Positions 1 to 11,685 of a DNA stretch of 64,000 nucleotides are shown here, piece by piece. The DNA comes from Tubulanus polymorphus. Lineage: Eukaryota; Animalia; Nemertea. The notes beneath the pieces are model-generated. The model worked only from the letters and a program-made list of their open reading frames with translations, had not been told where the DNA came from and ran no database searches. The first letter of the stretch is position 1; the number at the start of each line of letters is the position of its first letter. The DNA lies in contig NC_134031.1 of NCBI RefSeq assembly GCF_964204645.1, positions 10,914,088-10,978,087 on the forward strand. Reading direction: 5' to 3'. The translations under genes and the position numbers were made by a program.

Positions 1-103
1 AGAATTCTTACTTTCTTACTTTCTTAGCAAGAATCTTGGATTCTTACGTACGTCTAGTATATAGAAATATAAATTAGTTTCTATAATATTCCAAATTAGG
101 ATT

Positions 104-715
104 TTATTTTATAAATTTATATTCATAGCGAAATTGTAGTCTCAGTAATAATTTTGAACCTTTATTATTCTTTAATTTATTCATATATTCATCATGTAAT
201 TCAGTAGGTATAATTTGATTTTATTCAAATGATTGTTGCATAGATTTTCTATCTCTATTGTAGAATAAAACTAGAAATCTTATATTCTCCCTAAAGTCTT
301 TAACAATTGAATTATATTTTTGATTTAAAACCCATGTTGTTATCCCAAAATGTCTCCCAGAGAAAGCTAAGTAACATAACTCACTTTCTCTCACTTTTGA
401 ATCATGTAAATTAGCGCAATCATCTACAATGAATAATGTATTTGATCCTTTATAAGTATCAATTGCTATTTTTATGCAATTATCTAAATTTTCTTTTACT
501 GTTTTAGGATCTAATATAATAAACTTTTTTATTTTAACTATATCTCTATTATATGTTTTATTCATTTCATAAGTAGGACAGAATAATATTATATTATCAA
601 AATGATTCTTATAAATAGTTTCTAACAAATCTAATATGAAATGTGTTTTACCACAGTTTGTTACCCCAGTAACTAACATATTATGCGGTTCAAATATAAA
701 TAAATCTTTATTCAT
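104..715 (-). pseudogene. A32/FtsK-like DNA packaging ATPase (element 1), in-frame stop at 221-223
   Basis: Walker A GVTNCGKT, Walker B FIVDD, A32-type SGRH motif. The frame continues past the stop to 104, matching the element-2 C-terminus. Confidence 0.88.
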
Positions 716-1550
716 TTATTCTTTTAATTTTACTAGATAAAATCCATTCATTAAATTTATCATCATATCCTTTATATTTCACCAAAGAATACTTTTTTCC
801 TTTAAGAGTTTTTGTTTTCAATACCTTTTCTATTTTGTATTCTATTTCATCTGGATTTGGTACTAATGATAATTCTTGTTCATAGAAATAACCTAATATT
901 TCTTCATCTTTTAGATCTTCTAGTTTATAAACAAATGGTTTAGTTAATATTATCTTTTTAATCTTGAATATTTCTTCAGTAAAATTTGGGGTATAACCTT
1001 TATAAAATGTTTTTCGATATTTAGAAATTCTAACATGTTGTCCTATTTTAAATTTAGGTTCTCCAAAATCATGTGTAACAAATGCTCCATATAAATTATT
1101 CCAAACTATTTCTGAATTTTCTTCTTTTCTAGCTTGTATAGGTTTCATATTTATAGAACTATGTTTAGAATTATTATAACCTTTAACTAAATCATCTAAC
1201 ACATTGATATATTTATATGTTTCATTAGCAGTGGTTCCACATTCTAGTTTTCAATGTTTTATTAAATCTTTCTATAATAGATGCTTTTTTATCTGAATGT
1301 GTTGAAAAATAATCTACATTGTTATCAGATAATAGTTTTTTTAAATGTTTATTATAGAATTCCTTACCTTCATCAAATTGTATCTTATCTGGAATAGCTT
1401 CTTTAAATATTGATTTAAAAGCATTTGTCATTTCTATACCAGTTTTATTTTTGATTGGAATTGACCATGCGTATCTACTGAATATGTCTATAACATTTAA
1501 TATCCAGAAATATCCTTTGTTGTATTCCTCTAAGTTCTTCATGTCAATTA
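708..1550 (-). pseudogene. Duplicated, N-truncated rve integrase with chromodomain (element 1, copy A), frameshift at ~1230
   Basis: IDIFSRY, QFDEGKEF and ERFNKTLK DDE motifs; C-terminal IEKVL..YSLVKYKGYDDKFNEWI chromodomain. Confidence 0.88.
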
Positions 1551-1607
1551 CCACAGTTTGTTACCCCAGTAACTAACATATTATGCGGTTCAAATATAAA
1601 TAAATCT

Positions 1608-2700
1608 TTATTCATTTATTCTTTTAATTTTACTAGATAAAATCCATTCATTAAATTTATCATCATATCCTTTATATTTCACCAAAGAATACTTTTTTCC
1701 TTTAAGAGTTTTTGTTTTCAATACTTTTTCTATTTTGTATTCTATTTCATCTGGATTTGGTACAAGTGATAATTCTTGTTCATAGAAATAACCTAATATT
1801 TCTTCATCTTTTAGATCTTCTAGTTTATAAACAAATGGTTTAGTTAATATTATCTTTTTAATCTTGAATATTTCTTTTGTAAAATTTGGGGTATAACCTT
1901 TATAAAATGTTTTTTCTATATTTAGATATTCTAACGTGTTGTCCAATTTTAGATTTAGGTTCTCCAAAATCATGTGTAACAAACGCACCATATAAATTAT
2001 TCCAAACTGTTTCCAAATTATCTTCTTTTCTAGCTTGTATAGGTTTCATATTTATAGAACTATGTTTAGAATTATTATAACCTTTCACCAAATCATCTAA
2101 CACATCGATATATTCATATGTTTCATTAGCAGTAAAATATTTCCACATTCTAGTTTTCAATGTTTTATTAAATCTTTCTTTAATAGATGCTTTTTTATCT
2201 GAGTGTGTTGAAAAATATTCTACATCGTTATCAGATAATAGTTTTTTGAAATGTTTGTTATAAAATTCCTTACCTTCATCAAATTGTATCTTATCTGGAA
2301 TAGCTTCTTTAAATATTGATTTAAAAGCATTTGTCACTTCTATACCAGTTTTATTTTTGATTGGAATTGACCATGCGTATCTACTGAATATGTCTATAAC
2401 ATTTAATATCCAGAAATGTCCTTTGTTGTGTTTTTCTAAGTTCTTCATGTCAATTAAATCTGCTTGCCATTGTTGATCGATATATGAAACCATAACTTTT
2501 CTTGTTAAATAAGTTTTATCCATTTTCTTGTGGATTTGATATGTTGGTTGATTTTGTAACCATAATCTTAGTTCACTATATTTTATATTACCATTTTCAT
2601 TATCAGATTTAATTTTATTCCATAATTCTGAAACGTTAGAATACGATACTTCACTTTCTGGGTTGTAATATAACTCTCTTAAATATTGTTCTTTTTTCAT
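1608..2700 (-). pseudogene. rve integrase with chromodomain (element 1, copy B), frameshift at ~1910
   Basis: WQADLIDM, DEGKEF and ERFNKTLK motifs. ORFs 1900-2700 and 1608-1991 join across an A/T-run frameshift. Confidence 0.9.
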
Positions 2701-2706
2701 CTTATT

Positions 2707-3075
2707 TTAATCCATTAATAATAATTTAGATTTAGTTTCAATGACTTTATGATTTGACTTATTTTCTGGTATGATAGGTTTATTATCATTGGAATAATCT
2801 TTATCATCAGATTTGAATTTTGATTTATACATTACACCGGATAATATAATAATTGTGATTAACCCAATTGTAATATATAAGTAATTATTTCTTCCACTAT
2901 TAGAAGAATTAGATGGGTTATTATTTGAATCAATAACAGATAATTTCTGTGATTCATTTATATCAGTTAATTTCTTTTTCTTAGCTTTTTTTAATTCTGA
3001 AGATCTTTTACCTAATTCCTTTGCCCACTGTATTTGTTTCTCAGATCTAGGCTTTTTCCTAACGCCATCACTCAT
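2707..3075 (-). CDS. Small basic protein with one TM helix (homologue of 9591-9974)
   Basis: Lys-rich N-terminus, hydrophobic YITIGLITIIILSGVMY, TAAATG start. Confidence 0.7.
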   Translation of the reverse strand: MSDGVRKKPRSEKQIQWAKELGKRSSELKKAKKKKLTDINESQKLSVIDSNNNPSNSSNSGRNNYLYITIGLITIIILSGVMYKSKFKSDDKDYSNDNKPIIPENKSNHKVIETKSKLLLMD

Positions 3076-3136
3076 TTATTTTAGTTAATTTTTGTTCTGG
3101 TTCATTTTCTGTTTCGACGTTTGGTTGTAGTACATC

Positions 3137-3676
3137 TTATTCGTTCTTACCTGATTTATATTCCATAGGTTTGATATTCGGAAATGTTATGACGCCAGTA
3201 GAAATTAATGTCATAACCGATCCTAATTGGAATGAAGCATATCCAACCCATTTTTGTAATTCAGTCATAACTAAGTAGTCATTTTTCAAATAACTATATA
3301 ATTTATTTTCATCATCAATTGGTATTAACTGGTTACATAACTTAGAATAACATTTGACAATACCATCTGAAATAGAATCATTTATTCTAGCTAATCTAGC
3401 TTCTTCATAAATCTTAAAATATTTTATTACTTTATCTGGTTTCATAGCATCTAATTCTTGAAAAGTAATGGTCTTAGTTAAAAATTGTTTACACTTTCCG
3501 CTAGCAATTAATAGTTCAAGATGGTGTTTACAATATAAGTAGTATTCATAATCTATATTGCTATTAACTTGAATATTATTTTCAATTTTGGTTGGAATAT
3601 CCTTATTATCACTAATACCTAAATCATCTAATGTTTTTTCAATATCAATACTATTCTTACTCGATTTCTTTGACAT
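3137..3676 (-). CDS. Conserved Polinton hypothetical protein (homologue of 8996-9598)
   Basis: Highly similar to the element-2 ORF, stops earlier, TAAATG start. Confidence 0.7.
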   Translation of the reverse strand: MSKKSSKNSIDIEKTLDDLGISDNKDIPTKIENNIQVNSNIDYEYYLYCKHHLELLIASGKCKQFLTKTITFQELDAMKPDKVIKYFKIYEEARLARINDSISDGIVKCYSKLCNQLIPIDDENKLYSYLKNDYLVMTELQKWVGYASFQLGSVMTLISTGVITFPNIKPMEYKSGKNE

Positions 3677-4245
3677 TTATATTGGAGAAATTTAATAAGA
3701 AAAATATTATAAGTATTATAAAATTATACTAGTCTCTCTTTAGGTTAAGACTAAATTGACTAGGTTAGTTAAAGTTAAAGAATTTCTATTCAAATCTTTT
3801 CAAAATCTATTCAATCAAATGTCAATTAGAATTACCAAAAGAAAATATTAAAAATATAATAGAATTCACTAGCAGTTGAAGTTATTGTTTTTTATTATAT
3901 TTTATTTAAATTAGGATTTAATATCTCACTACTATTGTCTATCTATTAGGAGCAGTAATTATAACTGTCCAGATAAGTCATTTCGGATTCTCGATAATAA
4001 ATCCTAAAACTGAAAATAAATTCAAAGAAACGACTGGTGGAAATACTATTTCATAAACACATATATTTTATTCTACAATCATTAACGATGTCCACATTCC
4101 AAGCCGCTCGGCAGCCGAGCGGTAAGGTATGCGCGGAATGCGGAAATCAATAAAGTATAATACAACATCTGTCACTGTGTGTGACATTAACAACAGCTGA
4201 ATGACGCAATTGAAATTCCGGCAAACGTAATATGAATATTTTAAG

Positions 4246-4439
4246 AGTAATAGGGATAATATGCTTTCAAGCTAAAGGTCGAGAGGTTGAGAAATTTTAC
4301 AAATATGAAAATAACAATAATTTCTAGTTGAATTAGGAGTGCGCGCGACTAATTCCACTAGAAATTATTGTTATTTTCATATTTGGAAAATTTCTCGACC
4401 TCTCGACCTTTGGCTTGAAAGCCTATTATCCCTATTACT
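4246..4439. repeat. Terminal ~194-bp imperfect palindrome (hairpin) of element 1
   Basis: AGTAATAGGGATAAT...ATTATCCCTATTACT; arms pair up to a central GAGTGCGCGCGA loop. Confidence 0.92.
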
Positions 4440-5955
4440 CATGACCTAACCCTAGATCAAATTTCAAATAGATTGAAATATATTGATAAATCTTCGATAA
4501 AATTACATATGAAATCTCAAGACGAAATACCTATTCTAAGTTCTGATTGGAGAAATACTGAAAAATTATTAGAGGGTAACTATGAATCTGTCCTTTTATT
4601 TCAACGAGGGGATGCCACACTCAAACGTAATTATCACATTATTCTCTCTGATCCTCGTTCTCTGGAACATTTATCCAACTTTGGACAATCTGTCATTGGT
4701 ATTGACGTGAAACATGATTTCAATTCGTGGAAATTTAAAACTTCATTTGTAACTTTTGCAGACCACAAAAATGAAGGACGTATTGCTGCTGCATCAATTA
4801 GTAGTGATGAAGGGGGGGGGGGCTACTCATGCAACTACCATCCAGTTAGTTCTAGCCAATACACCATGTACAGACGAAAAATGTAATCATCCATCTGAAT
4901 TCTATATATTTAATAATGGCAATGGTTTTTTCAGAATCAAGCCATGTTCATCAACATCTAGATTTTGTCCTTTTGTACAACATGTTAAAGACGCAAGTCT
5001 AAAGCAAGGAGCATCTGACAATAATCTTAAATCAGTACTATGTAATTTTCATGTCCTGCAGTGTATTCGTCGCTTCATGAATGTAAATCAAGAACTTCGC
5101 TTATTTTGCAAGCCTCTAGAAACTGGTTTCAAATGCATTATGAGATCATGGGATGCTTCATCTAGAACTGATATAGCCAATTCATTTATTAGTTTTATTG
5201 AGAATGATATTTCTTTAGACCTTATGTCGCAAGATACAAAAACATTATTAATTGATTACCTAAAGAAGAATTGGTTTAATTCCCAAATTTGGTCTGATGC
5301 ATTCAATGCTGAATCAATTTATCAGTCAGACCAATCTAACAGAAATAACCCTTTGCTATTAACTGATAATATTACTGAGCGCAAATTCAAACAAATAGAT
5401 GATGTCTACTTAAGTGAACACCTAAATAAACTGATATCATCTTTTGTAGGATTACTGTTTGAAAATGCTTTTAATGATGAGATAAAAGCGACAAATAAGA
5501 ACAATCTCCAATTTAAGCAACTTGACCAACGAGTTAGGAATATACGTCACCTTGAAAAGATAGAAAAGTGTTGCAAAAGAGCCTTTGATTTATTACAGAA
5601 TAATGAGATTTTAAGATATGATGAAGAAACTAGTTGGTTTGTTGTGAAGAGTTCTTCACGAAAGAACTTAAATAAGTTAGAAGATAATGATAATTTTTTC
5701 AATGGTGATACTCAATATACATTCAATCAAAAGAGCCTTTGATTTATTACAGAATAATGAGATTTTAAAATATGATGAAGAAACTAGTTGGTTTGTTGTG
5801 AAGAGTTCTTCACGAAAGAACTGAAATAGGTTAGAAGATAATGATAATTTTTTCAATGGTGATACTCAATATACATTCAATCAGCTTGATGTTTTAGAAG
5901 AAAGATTCCCCGATAAAGTATCAATATCCGAGGAACATTCATATGACATTTCAAA
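4440..5955 (+). pseudogene. Mutator-like (MULE) DDE transposase, catalytic part
   Basis: IGIDVKH (D1), LCNFH (CxxH), TDNITERKF (E). Frameshift in a G11 run at 4812-4822 and a 154-bp tandem duplication (5574-5883). The frame is open from the element-1 junction. Confidence 0.72.
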
Positions 5956-6980
5956 CAAGAAAATTAATTTTAGAAAATTATTTGACGCCTGCGAAAAAAA
6001 TGTAGAATTTCTGGGCTAAGCTAATGTGGAATTGCAAATTTGAAATCGAAGTTTTAAGAAATTTGGGGAATGATGAGATTTGGCGATTGGGTAGATGATA
6101 CAGGTCTTCGACTCTAGTAGTAGTTTAAATTTTTTTTAATGAAAATTCTCAATAATTGATCGCGAACTTGCGACCGACTTCATTTACTTATGCCTCTAAG
6201 CTGGTCTGCAACTTCATAGCCTCCATGGTTGAAGAGAGAGCTCTTCTGATGTCTGCTTCATCATGACTTCGAGCATATCGTGTGGCCTAGCCAGCCGGCC
6301 CGGGCCACGGGTTTGGCTGTCACTCGATATCCTAGAGTTGAGTCTGGGTGGGTTGAGGTAGACATTGTCATTTAAAATAACATGCTTATGTTGTTCTGTA
6401 TGAATTACCCGTGTGTCATGTATGTTGTATTAATTTATTTTAAAATTTGTATTTATTGAATTTGGGAATTTTATCCCGGAATTTCAATGTAATAAGGATC
6501 AATAAAGAATTGAATTGAATTGTCACCTAATTCACATGCCATCAGAGGACGCGGAGCCGTATATGACAGCTATGCTATTATAAATTGCTAATTTCACGAA
6601 ACCTGCATACTCCTAATATCAAACATATTTTCTAAAACGTTTGAATATTGAAATTATATGTTTACACATTTTCATATTGACCGCTTGTAGCCGCTGATGA
6701 AATTCACGCCGGCCCTACACACATCGTAAATAGCTTCGTCATTCCACCGGCATGCCCACGTCAGGGTCTGACTTTTATATCAGACTTCCAAATCGTGTAT
6801 ACATCCGCCATTTAACCGAATAATCCGATTTACTTATCATTTCTATTTATGCCTGCCGCTTCTGATATAATCATACATCCTTCACTATTACAATACGTCT
6901 TCTAATGATATTCAATGCAATATAACATTTCGACGTTCAAATATAGGTCATTACATAATCACAGGAAGCCATTCTACATC

Positions 6981-7769
6981 AGTAATAGGGATTTAGTTGT
7001 TCTATACCAAAGGTCGAAAGGTCGAGCCCGAGAAATTTTCCAAAATGTTAAAATAATAATAATTTCTACTTGAATTAGTCGCGTACACTCCTAATTCAAG
7101 TAGAAATTATTATTATTTTAACATTTGGAAAATTTATCAACCTCAACCTTTCGACCTTTGATATAGAACAACTAAATCCCTATTACTCTATCTAATCACA
7201 AGTCTCATAATTTACAAGCCTCAACATGTTGAGTATTGCGTATTACATGTTGATTCTAGAACAACCCATCTAGAAAACTACATTAGCCAATCACAGTTGA
7301 GTATTACGCTAGCCAATCACAGTTGAGTATTTCCAGCCAATCACAGTTGAGTATTTTACTATTAATCTATCCAATCACAGTTGAGTATTTCCAACCAATC
7401 ACAGTTGAGTATTTTACTATTAATCTATCCAATCACAGTTGAGTATTACTCTATCCAATCACAGTTGAGTATTCCCTATTACACTAGCCAATCACAAGCC
7501 TCATAATTTACAAGTCTCAACACGCAGCTGGGTTTTCCCCACTGTTGAGTAGTATAAATAGGTGGGACTCACACGCGGTAGGACTCATACGTGGCGGCGG
7601 GACGCGTTGAGAGGTAAGTGTTATGTTCAATTTTAATAAAAAATATAGTATTAAAATGGAAGCAAATAAGTACTACTGTCCAACATGTAATATCGATATA
7701 GATAAATCCCAAAAAGCAAGACACAATAAAACTAAAACACATTTAGAGAATAAATTGAAACTAGAATAT
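6981..7769 (+). repeat. Left TIR of element 2; first 207 bp (6981-7187) form an imperfect hairpin
   Basis: Reverse complement of 23869-24657 (one mismatch seen near 7364). Confidence 0.95.
7287..7619 (+). promoter_or_regulatory. TIR-borne Pol II-type promoter: CCAAT array, TATA box, 5' splice donor
   Basis: Seven CCAATCACAGTTGAGTATT units plus an eighth CCAAT, TATAAATA at 7553-7560, AG|GTAAGT at 7612-7619; mirrored at ~24019-24351 upstream of pPolB. Confidence 0.65.
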
Positions 7770-7892
7770 TCACAGTTATATTCAGAACAGTTAACAAAGG
7801 GAAAGAAATTTATTGAATTATGGAATAATGATCCAAATAATGAACAATACGTTGAGGATCCGATGTTTATACTAGAACATGATTCTATTTGA
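7623..7892 (+). pseudogene. Chimeric ORF: pPolB N-terminal zinc finger fused to a copy of the HNH C-terminus
   Basis: First 49 aa identical to the start of 22168-24015; the rest resembles 8581-8665. Confidence 0.7.
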
Positions 7893-8018
7893 GCCTATAT
7901 ACATTCCATGTAAAGAGCTATGGAATTAATCTATAAATTCACAGCTGTTACAGCTGTTACTATGACGCTGAGATATTATAAAATGTTAACCAATTTAGTA
8001 AAAAAATACGTATAATAA

Positions 8019-8691
8019 ATGGAACCAGAACAACCACAAACTATCAATATTACAAATAACACTGGCGTTATAAACATATATTACAAGAAGTGTTCTAAAT
8101 GTGAATTAAATAAATCATTAACAGAATTTAGTAAGCGTAAGATTAGCAAAGATGGTTTTCAATATTACTGTAAAACTTGCATTAAACTATATACCAAACA
8201 ATATCGAGAAGATAATAGAGAATCTTATAATGATTATGACAGAATATATGAGAGAAAGATATCAAACAGATCTTAATTTTAGATTGAAACAATGTTTACG
8301 GTCTAGATTAACACAATTATTTAACAAAGAAACATATTCAGAAACACTATCTAATTTATTGGGTTGTTCAGATGAATTTCTCAAATCATGGATTATATTT
8401 CAATTCGATGATAAAATGAATATAGATAATTATGGGGATTATTACCATATTGATCACGTGTTACCAATATCTAAATTTAACATGAATGATGAATACAATA
8501 AAAAACTTATTTGGGGTTGGAAAAATTTAAGGCCTTTAGAAAAGAAAGAAAATCAAACCAAATCTAATAAACTAGATTTACAGTTATATTTAGAACAGTT
8601 AACAAAAGCAAAGAAATTTATTGATCAATGGAATAATAATCCAAATAATGAACAATACGTTGAGGAATTTGATATCAAGGATCCGAAATGA
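8019..8691 (+). pseudogene. Zn-ribbon plus HNH-like endonuclease, frameshift at ~8240
   Basis: KKCSKC..CKTC ribbon, then YHIDHVLPIS..WKNLRPL..EN..KSNK; resembles HNH nucleases of large DNA viruses. Confidence 0.7.
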
Positions 8692-8995
8692 CTTATCTGG
8701 ACAGTTATAGTTACTGCTCCTAATAGATAGACAATAGTAGTGAGATATCAAATAGAATTTAAATAAAATATAATAAAAAAAACAATAACTTCAACTAGCT
8801 AGTGAATTCTATTATATTTTTAATATTTTCTTTTCAAAAAGAGAATACTTTATATTTTGAATAGATCCGAATAGAAATTCTTTAAATTCAAATAGCTAGT
8901 ATCAGTAGTCAATACTAGAATTCTTTAGCTTTAACTAGCTAGTATCATTTGAAGAATACTTATAATATTTTTTTTGCTTTTTTTCTCTAATATAA

Positions 8996-9598
8996 ATGTC
9001 AAAGAAATCTAATAAGAATAGTATTGATATTGAAAAAACATTAGATGATTTAGGTATTAGTGATAATAAAGATACAGTTGTTTCTAATTCTATTCAAGTT
9101 AATAACAATATAGATTATGAATACTATTTATATTGTAAGCATCATCTTGAATTATTAATTGCTGGCGGGAAATCTAAGGACTTCTTAGGAAAAATAATAA
9201 CTTTTCAAGAACTAGACTCTATGAAACCCGATAAAGTAATAAAATATTTTAAGATTTATGAAGAGGCAAGATTAGCTAGAATAAACGACTCTATAAGTGA
9301 TGGTATTGTCAAATGTTATTCTAAGTTATGTAACCAGTTAATACCAATTGATGATGAAAATAAATTATATAATGATTTGAAAAATGACTATTTAGTTATG
9401 ACTGAATTACAAAAATGGGTCGGTTATGCTTCATTCCAATTAGGATCGGTTATGACATTAATTTCTACTGGAGTTATAACATTTTCGAACATCAAACCTA
9501 TGGAATATAAATCAGGTAAGAACGAAACAGATATACTACAACAAAACGTCGAAACAGAAAATGAATCAGAACAAAAATTAACTAAAATAAATGAGTGA
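8996..9598 (+). CDS. Conserved Polinton hypothetical protein
   Basis: Intact 200-aa ORF with a homologue in element 1. Confidence 0.72.
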   Translation: MSKKSNKNSIDIEKTLDDLGISDNKDTVVSNSIQVNNNIDYEYYLYCKHHLELLIAGGKSKDFLGKIITFQELDSMKPDKVIKYFKIYEEARLARINDSISDGIVKCYSKLCNQLIPIDDENKLYNDLKNDYLVMTELQKWVGYASFQLGSVMTLISTGVITFSNIKPMEYKSGKNETDILQQNVETENESEQKLTKINE

Positions 9599-9974
9599 TG
9601 GAGTTAAGAAAAAGGCTAGATCCGAGAAACAAATTAAATGGGCAAGAGAATTAGGTAAAAGATCATCAGAATTAAAAAAAGCTAAGAAAAAGAAATTAAC
9701 TGATATAAATGAATCAGAGACTTTATCTGATGGTGCCGTACGGCACCCACATGGTGGTATTGATTCAAATAATAATCCATCTAATTCTTCTAATGCTGGA
9801 AGTAATTATAAATTATATATTACAATTGGATTAGTAACAGTTATTATATTATCCGGCGTAATATATAAATCAAAATTCAAATCTGATGATAAAGATGATT
9901 CCAATGACAATAAACCTATCATACCCGAAAATAAGTCAAATGAAAATAAATCTAAAATATTATTAATGGATTAA
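9591..9974 (+). CDS. Small basic single-TM protein
   Basis: 127 aa, hydrophobic LYITIGLVTVIILSGVIY, homologue in element 1. Confidence 0.7.
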   Translation: MSDGVKKKARSEKQIKWARELGKRSSELKKAKKKKLTDINESETLSDGAVRHPHGGIDSNNNPSNSSNAGSNYKLYITIGLVTVIILSGVIYKSKFKSDDKDDSNDNKPIIPENKSNENKSKILLMD

Positions 9975-9977
9975 AAT

Positions 9978-11061
9978 ATGATGAAAAAAGAACAATATTT
10001 GAGAGATTTATATTATAACCCAGAAAGTGAAGTTTCATATTCAAGTGTTTCAGAATTATGGAATAAAATTAAATCTGATAAAGAAAAAATAAAATATAGT
10101 GAATTAAAATCATGGTTACAAAATCAACCAACATATCAAATCCACAAGAAAATGGATAAAAAATATTTAACAAGAAAAGTTATGGTTTCATATATTGACC
10201 AACAATGGCAAGCTGATTTAATTGATATGAAAAACTTAGAAGAATATAACAAAGAATATTTTTGGATACTAAATGTTATAGATATATTCAGTAGATACGC
10301 ATGGAGTATCCCGATTAAAAATAAAACTGGTATAGAAGTTACAAATTCTTTCAAATTAATATTTAAAGAAACTATCCCAGATAAAATACAATTTGATGAA
10401 GGTAAAGAATTTTATAACAAACATTTTAAAAAACTATTATCTGATAACGATGTAGAATATTTTTCAACACATTCAGATAAAAAAGCATCCGTTATAGAAA
10501 GATTTAATAAAACATTGAAAACTAGAATGTGGAACCACTGCTAATGAAACATATAAATATATCAATGTGTTAGATGATTTAGTTAAAGGTTATAATAATT
10601 CTAAACATAGTTCTATAAATATGAAACCTATACAAGCTAGAAAAGAAGAAAATTCAGAAATAGTTTGGAATAATTTATATGGAGCATTTGTTACACATGA
10701 TTTTGGAGAACCTAAATTTAAAATAGGACAACATGTTAGAATTTCTAAATATCGAAAAACATTTTATAAAGGTTATACCCCAAATTTTACTGAAGAAATA
10801 TTCAAGATTAAAAAGATAATATTAACTAAATCATTTGTTTATAAACTAGAAGATCTAAAAGATGAAGAAATATTAGGTTATTTCTATGAACAAGAATTAT
10901 CATTAGTACCAAATCCAGATGAAATAGAATACAAAATAGAAAAGGTATTGAAAACAAAAACTCTTAAAGGAAAAAAGTATTCTTTGGTGAAATATAAAGG
11001 ATATGATGATAAATTTAATGAATGGATTTTATCTAGTAAAATTAAAAGAATAAATGAATAA
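9978..11061 (+). pseudogene. rve integrase with C-terminal chromodomain, frameshift at ~10535
   Basis: DDE motifs as above. TGGAACCACTGC replaces TGGAAATATTTTACTGC seen in element-1 copy B. Confidence 0.92.
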
Positions 11062-11669
11062 AGATTTATTTATATTTGAACCACATAATATGTTAGTTAC
11101 TGGAGTTACAAATTGTGGTAAAACACACTTCATATTAGACTTGTTAGAAACTATTTATAAGAATCATTTTGATAATATAATATTATTCTGTCCTACTTAT
11201 GAAATGAATAAAACATATAATAGAGACATAGTTAAGGAAGATAAAAAAGTTTATTATATTAGATCCTAAAACAGTAAAAGAAAATTTAGATAATTGTATA
11301 AAAATTGCATTAGATATTTATAAAGGATCTAATACATTATTTATTATTGATGATTGCGCAAATTTACATGATTCAAAAGTTAGAGAAAGTGAGTTATGTT
11401 ATTTAGCTTTCTCTGGTAGACATTTTGGGATAACAACATGGGTTTTAAATCAGAAATATAATTCAATTGTGAAAGACTTTAGGGAGAATATAAGATTTCT
11501 AGTTTTATTCTACAACAAACATAGAAAATCTATGCAACAATCATTGGAAGAAAATCAAATTATACCTACTGAATTACATGATGAATATATGAATAAATTA
11601 AAAAATAATAAAGGTTCCAAATTACTTATGAGATTACAATTTCCATATGAATATAAATTTATAAAATAA
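11054..11669 (+). pseudogene. A32-like packaging ATPase, frameshift at ~11245
   Basis: GVTNCGKT, IIDD and SGRH motifs; extra A in an A-run. Confidence 0.9.
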
Positions 11670-11685
11670 AATCCTAATTCAAAAT

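Larger units (their letters stand above)
1..4439 (-). mobile_element. Polinton/Maverick-like element 1 (partial; runs off the window start)
   Basis: Carries ATPase, integrase and two ORFs clearly homologous to those of element 2 in the same order. Ends in a hairpin terminus with the same AGTAATAGGGA end as element 2. Confidence 0.9.

Noticed and set aside
4812-4822. Programmed frameshift or phase variation at G11 in the MULE gene
   Set aside because: The gene is already multiply disrupted; slippage or homopolymer sequencing error suffices.
7287-7495. 19-bp direct repeats with short variable spacers, superficially CRISPR-like
   Set aside because: Spacers are 5-15 bp and repeated, there are no cas genes, and the context is a eukaryotic viral TIR.
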